50,627 bases of DNA from an uncultured Clostridia bacterium (GCA_947628835.1 CANRBL010000006.1:1-50627), one strand, 5' to 3'. Positions 9,252 through 18,555 are shown, counted from the first letter of the stretch. Numbers and translations are program-made. The notes: a model not told the origin generated them from the letters alone.

Positions 9252-9722
9252 ATGAGGAATAGAATAAAAGTAAATAAAAAGTCAGAAAAAGGAGTTAGTT
9301 TGTCTGCATTAATGATATATATAATTGCAATGTTAATTGTAATGTCAATTATATCTGTTATAACATCATCATTTTACAATAACATAAATATAATTACAAA
9401 TGAAACTAATTCGCAGAAAGAATATAGTAGATTTAATATGTTTTTTACAAAAGAAGTAAATACAGAAGATACAAAAATTGCTAAAATTGATGAACTAAAC
9501 AGTAGTTATATAATATTTACAAATAAAGAAGAAAAACATCAATATACATTTAAAAATAATGCTATATATATGAATAAAATAAAAATATGTGATAATGTTA
9601 AAGATTGTAAATTTCAAATGTCAAATGAAGATTCTAATATAAAAAATATAACAATACTTTTAAAAATAGGAGAAGATTTTACTAAAACATTAAATTATTC
9701 ATGTTCTGGAAATTTTATGTAA
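9252..9722 (+). CDS. Minor pilin-like protein
   Basis: RBS agggag. The basic leader ...KKSEKG/VSLSALMIYIIAMLIVMSIISV has Ala at +5. Confidence 0.5.
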   Translation: MRNRIKVNKKSEKGVSLSALMIYIIAMLIVMSIISVITSSFYNNINIITNETNSQKEYSRFNMFFTKEVNTEDTKIAKIDELNSSYIIFTNKEEKHQYTFKNNAIYMNKIKICDNVKDCKFQMSNEDSNIKNITILLKIGEDFTKTLNYSCSGNFM

Positions 9723-9808
9723 ATATATAAAAATAAACAAAAATAATAAAATTTATTGTATAATATATATGTACTTATATTTAATTTGTATAGAAAGGAT
9801 TGATACAT

Positions 9809-11446
9809 ATGGAAACAAAAAAAGCAATACCAATGGGAGTTGAATTAGTAAAAAGGGGAATAGTAACACAAGAAGATATAGAAAGAGCATTAGATTATCA
9901 AAGGTTTCATCCAGATAAAAGAATAGGTGATATATTACATTTATTAGAGGTTTGTGATCCTAGTGATTTAATAAAAGCAATAGGAGATATAATTGGAGAA
10001 GAAGGAATATACTTAAAAGCTAATAGCATAAAAGTTCATTTAACAGATTACATATCATTAGAGATGGCAAAAAAACATAAAGCTATTCCATTTGAATTAG
10101 AAACTGGAAAAATAAAAGTTTGTTTTGCAGATACTGCTAAAGGTACAAATAAAGAAAGTATAAAAATGCTAATGTTAAATAAAGGTTTAATAATGGAATC
10201 TTATATTACTTTTGAAAGTGATATAGATAGATTTTTAGCAACAATGGAAAGTACCCAAGTAAACATGTTTAAAGCTGAAGGACAAGCAAATACAATAACA
10301 GGTCTTGTGGATAATTTAATAAGAGGTGGATTTGAAAAAAGAGCTAGTGATATCCATTTTGAACCATTAGAAAATATGTTAAGAGTAAGGTATAGAATAG
10401 ATGGAGAATTGTATACTATAGCAGAAATAGAAAAAGAAAAACAAATGCAAATAATAGGAAGATTAAAAGCAATATCTAATATGCATCAAGAAAAGCAAGA
10501 ATCACAAGATGGTAGAATTTTGATATATGAAGATTATAATATTCGTGTATCATCTCAAAAAAATATATATGGTGAAAAATTTGTTTTAAGGTTGTTAAAA
10601 AAAGATGCAAAGATAAGAAATATACATGAATTGGGCTTGACAAAAACTGATAAAGAAATAAATAAAAGTATTAATAAGAAAAATAGTATTGCTATTGTAG
10701 CAGCACCAACAGGAGAAGGAAAGACAACAACATTATATAGTATAATAGATCATTTAAATAGGCCAGAAGTAAATATTACAACAATAGAAGATCCAGTGGA
10801 AATAAGGATAGGTGGATTAAATCAAATAGAAATAGATGCAAAGACTTCATTTTCAGATTCATTAAGAACGGTATTAAGACAAGATCCAGATATTATATTG
10901 GTAGGTGAAGTTCGTGATAAAGAAACAGCAGAAATTGCAATTCAAGCAGGTCAAACTGGTCACTATGTTTTATCTACAATACATACAATAGATGCAGTAG
11001 AGGTAATAACGAGATTAAGAAAAATGGGAATTTCAGATTATGATATAGCTAGTACTTTGGCAACAACAATTTCACAAAGATTAGTTAGAAGATTATGTCC
11101 ACATTGTAGAAAAGAAAGAGCATTTACAAAAGATGAAAAATTAGTAATGTTGGATATAGCCAAAAAATATAATACTGAAATTAATATTGGTACTGCAAAA
11201 ACTTATACTGCAGTTGGTTGTGAACATTGTAATAATGTTGGATATTTAGAAAGAATAGGAATTTTTGAAATACTAGAAATTACGGATGAGATAAAAGAAT
11301 TAATAATGAATGGAGCATCTAGTATAGAGATAAGAAAATTAGCTTTGACACAAAACTATGAACCACTTGTAATAGATGGAATAAGAAAAGTAATAGATGG
11401 AATTACAACATTGGAGGAATTAAATAAGAAGTTGTTATTTATGTAG
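9809..11446 (+). CDS. pilB: Type IV pilus assembly ATPase PilB (GspE family)
   Basis: RBS gaaagga 9 nt before ATG 9809. Walker A APTGEGKTTT, Walker B DPDIILVGEVRD, His box GHYVLSTIHT, tetra-Cys motif CPHC...CEHC. Confidence 0.9.
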   Translation: METKKAIPMGVELVKRGIVTQEDIERALDYQRFHPDKRIGDILHLLEVCDPSDLIKAIGDIIGEEGIYLKANSIKVHLTDYISLEMAKKHKAIPFELETGKIKVCFADTAKGTNKESIKMLMLNKGLIMESYITFESDIDRFLATMESTQVNMFKAEGQANTITGLVDNLIRGGFEKRASDIHFEPLENMLRVRYRIDGELYTIAEIEKEKQMQIIGRLKAISNMHQEKQESQDGRILIYEDYNIRVSSQKNIYGEKFVLRLLKKDAKIRNIHELGLTKTDKEINKSINKKNSIAIVAAPTGEGKTTTLYSIIDHLNRPEVNITTIEDPVEIRIGGLNQIEIDAKTSFSDSLRTVLRQDPDIILVGEVRDKETAEIAIQAGQTGHYVLSTIHTIDAVEVITRLRKMGISDYDIASTLATTISQRLVRRLCPHCRKERAFTKDEKLVMLDIAKKYNTEINIGTAKTYTAVGCEHCNNVGYLERIGIFEILEITDEIKELIMNGASSIEIRKLALTQNYEPLVIDGIRKVIDGITTLEELNKKLLFM

Positions 11447-11528
11447 ATAATAAAATAATGTAATATAAAAAATTATGTTATTGTTATAGTAAAAGGAATT
11501 AACATATAATGAATGGAGGAAATTTATC

Positions 11529-12623
11529 ATGATAAATATGGATAAGATATTAGATGAGGCAATTGAAAGAGATGCTTCAGATATTCACTTAGTATGTGAT
11601 AATAAACCATTGCTTAGAATAGCAAGAGATTTGGTTGAAATAGAAGAGATGGATATTTTAACACCAGAGGATATGAGTCAAATGTATGATTATTTAGTAA
11701 TGGGAAATTTAGATAAAGATGAAGTATTTAATAAGACTAGAAAATTAGATACCTCATATGAATATAAAGGATTTCGTTTAAGAGTAAATATATCTTTATC
11801 TGATGATATTCCACTTTGTACATTAAGAATAATAAAAAATGATTTACCTAGCTATGAATCTTTAGGAGTTCCAGATATAGTTAGAAGAATGACATACCAA
11901 CCACAGGGATTAATTTTAGTAACAGGAAAAACTAATTCAGGAAAAAGTACTACATTAAATGCATTAGTAAATTATATTAATGAAAATCAAAATAAGAAAA
12001 TTTTGACATTGGAAAACCCAGTAGAATATAAACATCATTCTAAAAAATCTTTAATAGTCCAAAAAGAAATTGGACAAGGTAGAGATAGTTTAACATTTAG
12101 TGATGGAGTAAAAAATTCTTTAAGAGAAGATTGTGATATTTTAGTAATAGGAGAGATTCGTGATAAGGTTACAATGGAAGCTGCTATAGAGATGGCAGAA
12201 TCTGGACACCTTGTTATAGGAACATTACATACAAAGTCGTGTGCAGAAACAATTGATAGAATGATAAACTTTTATGAAGTAAGAGATCAAGCTAGTATAA
12301 AGTACTTATTGTCAGCTTTATTAAAATTGGTTGTTTCTCAGAGATTATTGAAAGGGACAGATGGTAAACTTGTACTTGTACCAGAAGTTATGGTTGTAGA
12401 TAATGTAGTTGCAGGTGTTATTAGAAAAGAAAAAATTAGTGTATCAGAAATAGAAGATGCAATTCAAAGTGGTTCAGATAAAGGTAGTATAGGTTTAATA
12501 AATTCAATTGCAAAAGTGTTTGTTGAAGATAAAATTAGTTTGGAGCAAGCAAAATCACAGATAGAGGAGAAAAATTTAGAAACATTAAATAGAACTATTA
12601 TGCAATTAAGAATAAAGAAATAG
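11529..12623 (+). CDS. pilT: Pilus retraction ATPase PilT
   Basis: ASDIHL N-terminus, Walker A GKTNSGKSTT, Walker B CDILVIGEIRD, His box GHLVIGTLHT. The ~360 aa size is typical of PilT. Confidence 0.88.
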   Translation: MINMDKILDEAIERDASDIHLVCDNKPLLRIARDLVEIEEMDILTPEDMSQMYDYLVMGNLDKDEVFNKTRKLDTSYEYKGFRLRVNISLSDDIPLCTLRIIKNDLPSYESLGVPDIVRRMTYQPQGLILVTGKTNSGKSTTLNALVNYINENQNKKILTLENPVEYKHHSKKSLIVQKEIGQGRDSLTFSDGVKNSLREDCDILVIGEIRDKVTMEAAIEMAESGHLVIGTLHTKSCAETIDRMINFYEVRDQASIKYLLSALLKLVVSQRLLKGTDGKLVLVPEVMVVDNVVAGVIRKEKISVSEIEDAIQSGSDKGSIGLINSIAKVFVEDKISLEQAKSQIEEKNLETLNRTIMQLRIKK

Positions 12624-12692
12624 AGTTATTAGTTAGCCTAATAAAGCATAATAATATTTATTGACTAGTAATGAAATAGAAAGGAGTTCATA

Positions 12693-14054
12693 ATGCCAGT
12701 ATATCATTATAGAGCAATTGCAAAAAATGGAACAGTAATTCGAAATAGAATAGAAGAATCAAGCAAATTAAAACTTATTAGAAAATTAAAATCTAATGGA
12801 TATATTCCTATTTTGGTTGAACAAGTTTCATATAAAGCTAAACAAGTACAAAAGAAAAAAAGAAATATAGATGATTTACATGAAATAATGAAAAATGCCA
12901 ATACTACAAAAATAGGTAAAGATAAAAGAAGAACAATGACTCTAAAGGAAAAAATAAATCTTTCACTTGCAAAAACACAAAAAATTACAACTAAAGATTT
13001 AACTATATTTACACAAAATTTTTATTTGTTAAAAAAAGCAAATTTTAATAATATACACGCATTAAGTACATTAATAGAAGGTACTGAAAATTACATTTTT
13101 AGGGGTATATTAGAAGACATTTTAGCAGGTCTTGAAGCAGGTGAAAATATGTATGTAACTATGGAATATTATTCAAATGTATTTCCATACATATATGTTA
13201 ACATGATAAAAGTAGGAGAATTATCTGGTTCACTTACTACATCTTTAGGACAAGCTGTTGAGTATTTGGAAGATACAGAAAGATTAAATAAAAAATTAAG
13301 AGAAATATTAGTGCCAAATATTGTACAATTTGTATTGTTGCTTTTAATGTTAATTGTTGGAACTATAGTTGCAATTCCAGCAATACAAGATGTTTTTGAG
13401 GAATTGGGTACAAAGGAAACATTACCGCCAGTTACACTTTGGTTCCAAGGTGTTATAAATACATTTATGGCTTATTGGTATATTCCAGTAATTATACTTG
13501 TAGCTATTGCAGGTGTTATTATATCGTATATTAGAACACCTAAAGGTAGATATAATTTTGATTATTTTAAATATACAGCACCAGTTTTTGGAGGTCTTAT
13601 ATTTTCTTTAGATTTTTCAAGATTGATGAAGGCTATGTTATTAAATTTGAATAACGGAATGAGAATTCAAGATGCTTTGACAGTAAGTAAAAATGTTGTT
13701 AAAAATAATGTAATGATATCAATTGTAGAAACATCAATAAATAATATATTGGTTGGTTCTTCATGGATAGAACCATTTGAACAATCAAAATTAGCATCAC
13801 CAATGTCTACTGAAATGTTAAAAATAGGTATGCAGACAGATTTAACAGAAATGATGGGAAAATTAGTTGAATATATGGAAGTTGAAATAAACAATCAGCT
13901 TGCAAAAATAATGAAGGCATTGCCACAAATTGTTTATGCTATTGTTGGTGTAGTATTGATTTTCTTCGTACTTGTAGTACTAGTTCCTTGTATTCAAGTA
14001 TATATGGGAAGTTTCTTATTCTCTTCTTATGGATTAGATGAAACCGATTTATAA
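12693..14054 (+). CDS. pilC: Type IV pilus platform protein PilC (GspF family)
   Basis: RBS aaaggag. Starts MPVYHYRAI..NG. Two GspF-like repeats with three TM segments. Confidence 0.85.
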   Translation: MPVYHYRAIAKNGTVIRNRIEESSKLKLIRKLKSNGYIPILVEQVSYKAKQVQKKKRNIDDLHEIMKNANTTKIGKDKRRTMTLKEKINLSLAKTQKITTKDLTIFTQNFYLLKKANFNNIHALSTLIEGTENYIFRGILEDILAGLEAGENMYVTMEYYSNVFPYIYVNMIKVGELSGSLTTSLGQAVEYLEDTERLNKKLREILVPNIVQFVLLLLMLIVGTIVAIPAIQDVFEELGTKETLPPVTLWFQGVINTFMAYWYIPVIILVAIAGVIISYIRTPKGRYNFDYFKYTAPVFGGLIFSLDFSRLMKAMLLNLNNGMRIQDALTVSKNVVKNNVMISIVETSINNILVGSSWIEPFEQSKLASPMSTEMLKIGMQTDLTEMMGKLVEYMEVEINNQLAKIMKALPQIVYAIVGVVLIFFVLVVLVPCIQVYMGSFLFSSYGLDETDL

Positions 14055-14062
14055 AAATAAAG

Positions 14063-14104
14063 GCAAGTAAATATACGAATTGTGATTATTTACTTGCTTT
14101 TTTG
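14063..14104 (+). terminator. Rho-independent terminator of the pilus operon
   Basis: Stem gcaagtaaat / atttacttgc followed by ttttttg. Confidence 0.75.
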
Positions 14105-14147
14105 TATAATAGGAAATATTGTGAAATTTTAATTTTGTGATTTTAAA

Positions 14148-14327
14148 TGAAATAAAATATTATTTTTTCAAAAATGCTCGTTCAAATAATTTTCACAGAA
14201 TTTCTAAAAAATTTTATGGCACCCTTCCACTTCGCTTCGCTACGTGAACTCTTTCCATAAAATTTTTAAGAATTTCTAGCTTAATTATTTTCAATGCGCT
14301 TTTTTCAAAAATATATATTTTATTTCA
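14148..14327 (+). repeat. Family-B palindromic element (copy 1), ~180 bp
   Basis: Near-identical to 26725-26899. Imperfect inverted arms gaaataaaatattattttttcaaaaa... / ...tttttcaaaaatatatattttatttc surround the core attttatggcacccttccac-ttcgcttcgctac-gtgaactctttccataaaat (14211-14263). Confidence 0.85.
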
Positions 14328-14414
14328 TAGGAAATTTATATATATTTTTTTAGTACAGGATAATAATGTTGTATATTTAGATAATTTATAATGATAAAAT
14401 AGGGGGAATTTGTT

Positions 14415-15299
14415 TTGAAAGTTGGAATTGATTTAGGTGGAAGCCATATAGCTATTGGTTTAGTAGATAATGGAAAGATTGTACAAAAAGATGAAAAAGT
14501 TTTTAATAAATTGAATATTATAAATAAAAAAGATTTTATAGAAAATTACATTAAAGAATATGTAAATGCTAATAGAAATAGGATAGAGAGTATTGGTATT
14601 GCTATTCCTGGAACTATAGTAGATAATATTGTGAAAAAATCTGTTAATTTAGGATTTGAAGATTATGATATTATATCATCACTAAAAGAAGATTTTAATA
14701 TGGAGATAAAAATTAAAAATGATGCTAAATGTGCAGGTATTGCAGAATTTGAATTTGGTTCAATTAAAGGATATAAAAATGCTGTATTTATTACGCTTGG
14801 AACAGGTATTGGTGGAGCAGTTTTTTGTAATGGAAAATTAGTTGAGGGAAATTGTTTTTCTGGTACTGAAATTGGTCATATGATTATAGAAAAAAATGGC
14901 AATTTGTGTAAATGTGGAAAAAATGGTTGCTTTGAAACTTATGCTTCAATGAGGGTGTTAAAAACTAATTTAAAAAAATCATTAGATTTAAATGATGATG
15001 TTCATGGTGAAGAATTATTGCAAATTGTTAAAAATGATATGGGTAATGAAAAAATTTCTGGCGTAATCGATAAATATATAGATTATCTTTGTGTTGGAAT
15101 TTCAAATTTAATTAATATATTTGAGCCTGACGTTATTGCAATTGGTGGTAGTTTTATTCATTTTAGTGAAATTTTATTACCTAAAATAAAGTATACATTA
15201 TTAAATAGTGAACTTTTATTTAATAAAAGAAATGATATAAATATAAAAGTTGCAGAGTTAGGTAATGATGCTGGTATTATAGGTAGTAGTATTTTATAA
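14415..15299 (+). CDS. glcK: ROK-family glucokinase
   Basis: TTG start after RBS aggggg. MKVGIDLGGSHIAIGLV, ROK signature with Zn motif GHMIIEKNGNLCKCGKNGCFETYAS. Confidence 0.8.
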   Translation: MKVGIDLGGSHIAIGLVDNGKIVQKDEKVFNKLNIINKKDFIENYIKEYVNANRNRIESIGIAIPGTIVDNIVKKSVNLGFEDYDIISSLKEDFNMEIKIKNDAKCAGIAEFEFGSIKGYKNAVFITLGTGIGGAVFCNGKLVEGNCFSGTEIGHMIIEKNGNLCKCGKNGCFETYASMRVLKTNLKKSLDLNDDVHGEELLQIVKNDMGNEKISGVIDKYIDYLCVGISNLINIFEPDVIAIGGSFIHFSEILLPKIKYTLLNSELLFNKRNDINIKVAELGNDAGIIGSSIL

Positions 15300-15368
15300 A
15301 GTGTAACAAATAAAATTTATTAGACGGAAGTTCACTATGTGAATTTTTTGTCAGAACAAATAAAATAG

Positions 15369-15470
15369 GCGAGCTTTAGATTTTTTTAATTTGTATTTGA
15401 TAGATTTCTTAGCCGTATGAGTGTAAGCAAATTACGGATAAGTTATGCGTTAAAAAAATCTTAGGCTCGC
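15369..15470. repeat. ~100-bp imperfect palindrome downstream of two converging genes
   Basis: Outer arms gcgagctttagattttttt / aaaaaaatcttaggctcgc. Inner arms cttagccgta / tacggataag. Confidence 0.6.
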
Positions 15471-15509
15471 GTTGTTCCTTAAAATAATGATTTGTATTAG
15501 TTTTTGATA

Positions 15510-15833
15510 TTATATTTTATAGTTATATTTCAACATATTAAGTTCAGTAATTTTATCATTTAACTTTTTCTTTAAATTAGTAAGTTGCCTTTCATACATA
15601 GATTCTAAATTAAAAATTTGTTCATCTGTCATATCATCAAATGTTATAGTATTGTTTTCAAATTGTTTTTGTAGTTCTATAAGTTCATAGTCTTCTTTTT
15701 TATCTATTTGTATATAATTTAGAAATGATGATTTAGTAGAATTTTTAATATTTTCATCTTTTTTATTCATTGAAATTAATTCATTTTTACTATCATAATT
15801 GAAAATTTTTTTTAAGAAATTAGATTTTTTCAT
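15510..15833 (-). CDS. Hypothetical protein (107 aa), orphan
   Basis: ORF 18 nt downstream of the 344-aa gene on the minus strand. No motif recognised. Confidence 0.55.
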   Translation of the reverse strand: MKKSNFLKKIFNYDSKNELISMNKKDENIKNSTKSSFLNYIQIDKKEDYELIELQKQFENNTITFDDMTDEQIFNLESMYERQLTNLKKKLNDKITELNMLKYNYKI

Positions 15834-15851
15834 AATTTTACCTCATTAAAT

Positions 15852-16886
15852 TTATCTTTGTTGTGAGTCTTGTTCTTCTTGCATATTATCTGAATTTTTT
15901 ATGTAGTATGGATTTGAATTTTTTATATTATCTATATCAAAATTAAGTTGTTTAATTCTTTCTTCTAAGGCTTGTATTTCTTTTTCATATTCAGAAATTT
16001 TTATTTCGGCTTCTTTGCGATTAGGATTAGGGGACACATTAAAAAATTTATTTGTGAATTCAGTATTTAATTTACCTATACCATATTTTTGAATTTGCTT
16101 TAATATTAGCATTGCTAACTCACTATTTTGCAATATTTCTTTGTGTATTAATTCTTCGGATTTTACATCATGTGGGCAGACTGCAGATGAGAAGTCTAAA
16201 TAAAATGCCAAAAATACATGTTCATCAAAACTATTATGCATAATGTTTTCTAATAAATCATTCATAGAATTGATATTATTTTTTTCAAAAAAATCTTTAA
16301 CTCTATTATTATAACATTGTTTTAAATACAATTCATTTATAGGTAATTCGGCTTTTTCCAATATAGGTTTTAGAAATATTGTGTAATTTTCAATATTATC
16401 CCAACCAATTAATTCTGAGCGTAAAAATTTATATTGTTGTTCCCTTTCCTTATATGTAGTAAAAAATTGCTGTGAATTTTTTTTGGCCCAACCATTATGC
16501 ATATATGATAAAATATCTAAAATAAGGTTATAATATTGTGTCGAATTGGTAGTATAATGTCCAGCATTCCATAATTTATCTGATATTAATTTTTTGTAAA
16601 TTTGATCATTTGCAGAACCATTAAAAATAGAGTCTTTTAATTGTGATATTTCGTTAGAAGTATAAAGACCAAGAGATAAATCCAAAAGTGATTGACTTAT
16701 AGATTTTATAGCATATCTTGTTAAAAATTCAGCATTTACAATATTTTCGATTTCATTGTAGTCAGATTCTTCAATAAATTTTTGGGCTTCTTCTTTAGAG
16801 TATCCATGTATTTTGATTAATAATTCTTTTGCTATTTTATAATATGGTATGTTTTCTTTTGTTTGGTTGTCTGTAATCATATCCAT
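15852..16886 (-). CDS. Hypothetical protein (344 aa) with a C-terminal coiled coil, orphan
   Basis: RBS aaaggaag on the minus strand. Coiled coil EAEIKISEYEKEIQALEERIKQLNFDIDNIK. No catalytic motif recognised. Confidence 0.65.
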   Translation of the reverse strand: MDMITDNQTKENIPYYKIAKELLIKIHGYSKEEAQKFIEESDYNEIENIVNAEFLTRYAIKSISQSLLDLSLGLYTSNEISQLKDSIFNGSANDQIYKKLISDKLWNAGHYTTNSTQYYNLILDILSYMHNGWAKKNSQQFFTTYKEREQQYKFLRSELIGWDNIENYTIFLKPILEKAELPINELYLKQCYNNRVKDFFEKNNINSMNDLLENIMHNSFDEHVFLAFYLDFSSAVCPHDVKSEELIHKEILQNSELAMLILKQIQKYGIGKLNTEFTNKFFNVSPNPNRKEAEIKISEYEKEIQALEERIKQLNFDIDNIKNSNPYYIKNSDNMQEEQDSQQR

Positions 16887-16967
16887 AGATAATCTTCCTT
16901 TCTTTTATGTTATCAATAGAAAGTCGTACTAATATTCTTTTGGGACTTTCCGATTTTTTGTAAGGTA

Positions 16968-16996
16968 ATAATACCATATTCGACATTTGATTTCAA
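16968..16996 (-). promoter_or_regulatory. Sigma-A-type promoter of the minus-strand islet with a Spo0A-box-like heptamer in the spacer
   Basis: On the minus strand: ttgaaa (16996-16991), 17-nt spacer, tattat (16973-16968). The spacer contains tgtcgaa (+ strand ttcgaca, 16979-16985). The -35 lies inside the repeat fragment 16991-17037. Confidence 0.45.
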
Positions 16997-17037
16997 TGCT
17001 TTTAAAACATTTTTATATAAAACCATTAACCTGTAAC
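16991..17037 (+). repeat. End fragment of a family-A element
   Basis: tttcaatgcttttaaaacatttttatataaaaccattaacctgtaac. With the start of the next copy it forms a perfect 19-bp hairpin (aaaaccattaacctgtaac ctttttt gttacaggttaatggtttt). Confidence 0.75.
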
Positions 17038-17044
17038 CTTTTTT

Positions 17045-17389
17045 GTTACAGGTTAATGGTTTTAAAAGGATAAATTTCTAAAAGCATAGAAATATAAAAT
17101 TTTCATTACATTCCTCGGCTCATTACAAAGCTTAAGAAATTCTAACTTATTTTATGGCACCCTTTCACTCAACGCGAACTATTTCCATAAAATTGCGTAG
17201 AATTTCTAAAGCTTTTCCAAGTTCTAGACAATTGCGTGCAATTGTCGTAGAAATTGGTTATGCGAAAATTAGATTTTCTTATGGCAAAGCCATATAGAAA
17301 ATCTTAATTTCGTTTTTCCAATCACATTCGTCATTTCATTCAAATTCTTATATTTCTATGCTTTTTATATAAAACTATTAACTTGTAAC
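17045..17389 (+). repeat. Family-A modular palindromic element carrying a nested insertion (MITE-like)
   Basis: Starts gttacaggttaatggtttt and ends aaaactattaacttgtaac. Collinear with 21901-22155 except for extra DNA at 17221-17321. Confidence 0.85.
17221..17321 (+). mobile_element. Nested ~93-bp hairpin-module insertion with an 8-bp duplication
   Basis: ttttccaa at 17213-17220 is repeated at 17314-17321. Uninterrupted copies read aaagcttttccaatca. The insert holds two hairpins: ctagacaattgc/gcaattgtcgtag, and cgaaaattagattttcttatggc/gccatatagaaaatcttaatttcg. Confidence 0.7.
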
Positions 17390-17395
17390 AAAAAA

Positions 17396-17427
17396 AGAAA
17401 CATTTTGTAAAAAAATGTTTCTTTTTT
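17396..17427 (+). terminator. Terminator-like hairpin just upstream of carA (insulator or attenuator)
   Basis: agaaacatttt gtaa aaaatgtttct followed by ttttt, with an A-run on the 5' side (bidirectional shape). Confidence 0.5.
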
Positions 17428-17475
17428 GGATTGTTTGTGGTAAGATATTATGCAGAAAAAAATAGGGAGGTAAAA

Positions 17476-18555
17476 ATGGTCGGCTATTTAGTATTAGAAA
17501 ATGGACAAATATTTGAAGGAGAAAAAATAGGATATGATAGCAAAGAAACAATATGTGAGATAGTATTTAACACATCTATGACGGGATATTTAGAGATATT
17601 TTCAGACCCATCATATGCAGGGCAAGGAATTGTAATGACATATCCATTAATAGGAAATTATGGATTAACATTAGAAGATATGGAATCAAAAAAGCCATGG
17701 GTAGAAGCTGTATTTGTTCATGAATTAGCAGAAGTAGAAAGTAACTTCAGGTCAAAATTACATGTAGAAAAATTTTTAAAATATAATAAAGTACCTGGAT
17801 TGCAAGGAGTAAACACAAGAAAGCTAACAAAAGTATTAAGAGAAAATGGAACAATGAGAGGAATGTTGACAGATAGTATATCAAACATAGAAGAAATACT
17901 AGAAAAAATAAAGAAACACGAGATTAAAAATTTAGTAGAAAAAGTTACATCTAATGAAATAACACAAATAGGAGAAGGAAAAATAAACATAGCATTATTA
18001 GACTTTGGCTCAAAACAAAATATTATAGAATCATTAATAAAAAGAAACTGCAAAATAACAATATATCCACAAGATACAAAAGCACAAACAATATTAGATG
18101 GTAAATTTGATGCAATAGTTCTTTCTAATGGACCAGGAAATCCAGAAGATTGCAAAACAGCTATTGAAAATATAAAAGAATTATATAAATCAAATATACC
18201 AATACTTGGAATATGTTTAGGTCATCAATTAATGGGAATTGCAACAGGAGCCAAAACATATAAGTTAAAATATGGTCATAGAGGTCCAAATCATCCTGTA
18301 AAAGATATACAAAAAGATAGAATATATATAACTGCACAAAATCATGGATACGCAATAGATGAAAATAGCGTAAATCCAGAGATAGCAGAAGTATCACATA
18401 CAAATTTAAATGATAATACTGTAGAAGGATTAAAATATAAAAATAAGGAGATATATACAGTGCAATTCCATCCAGAAGCATGTCCAGGACCAGAAGATAA
18501 CAATTATATATTTGATGATTTTTTAAAAATTGTAGAAAATAGAAAAAAATGCTAA
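17476..18555 (+). CDS. carA: Carbamoyl-phosphate synthase small (glutaminase) subunit
   Basis: RBS agggagg 6 nt before ATG 17476 (MVGYLVLENGQIFEGE). Glutamine amidotransferase triad motifs GICLGHQL and VQFHPE. Confidence 0.95.
   Translation: MVGYLVLENGQIFEGEKIGYDSKETICEIVFNTSMTGYLEIFSDPSYAGQGIVMTYPLIGNYGLTLEDMESKKPWVEAVFVHELAEVESNFRSKLHVEKFLKYNKVPGLQGVNTRKLTKVLRENGTMRGMLTDSISNIEEILEKIKKHEIKNLVEKVTSNEITQIGEGKINIALLDFGSKQNIIESLIKRNCKITIYPQDTKAQTILDGKFDAIVLSNGPGNPEDCKTAIENIKELYKSNIPILGICLGHQLMGIATGAKTYKLKYGHRGPNHPVKDIQKDRIYITAQNHGYAIDENSVNPEIAEVSHTNLNDNTVEGLKYKNKEIYTVQFHPEACPGPEDNNYIFDDFLKIVENRKKC

Noticed and set aside
17431-17475. N-terminal extensions of several track ORFs: carA from 17431, rpsF from 22289, YnbB-like from 23452, flavoprotein from 24765, yigZ from 26044, pilB from 9800, paralogue 2 from 29860, 87-aa gene from 46602.
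   Set aside because: In each case an internal ATG sits 5-10 nt after a clear GGAGG-like RBS, and the protein family's N-terminus begins there. The upstream extensions lack an RBS or overlap the preceding gene.
17390-17475. The carA leader as a PyrR-type attenuator.
   Set aside because: There is a terminator-like hairpin, but no PyrR binding-loop motif (ARUCCAGAGAGG-like) is visible.
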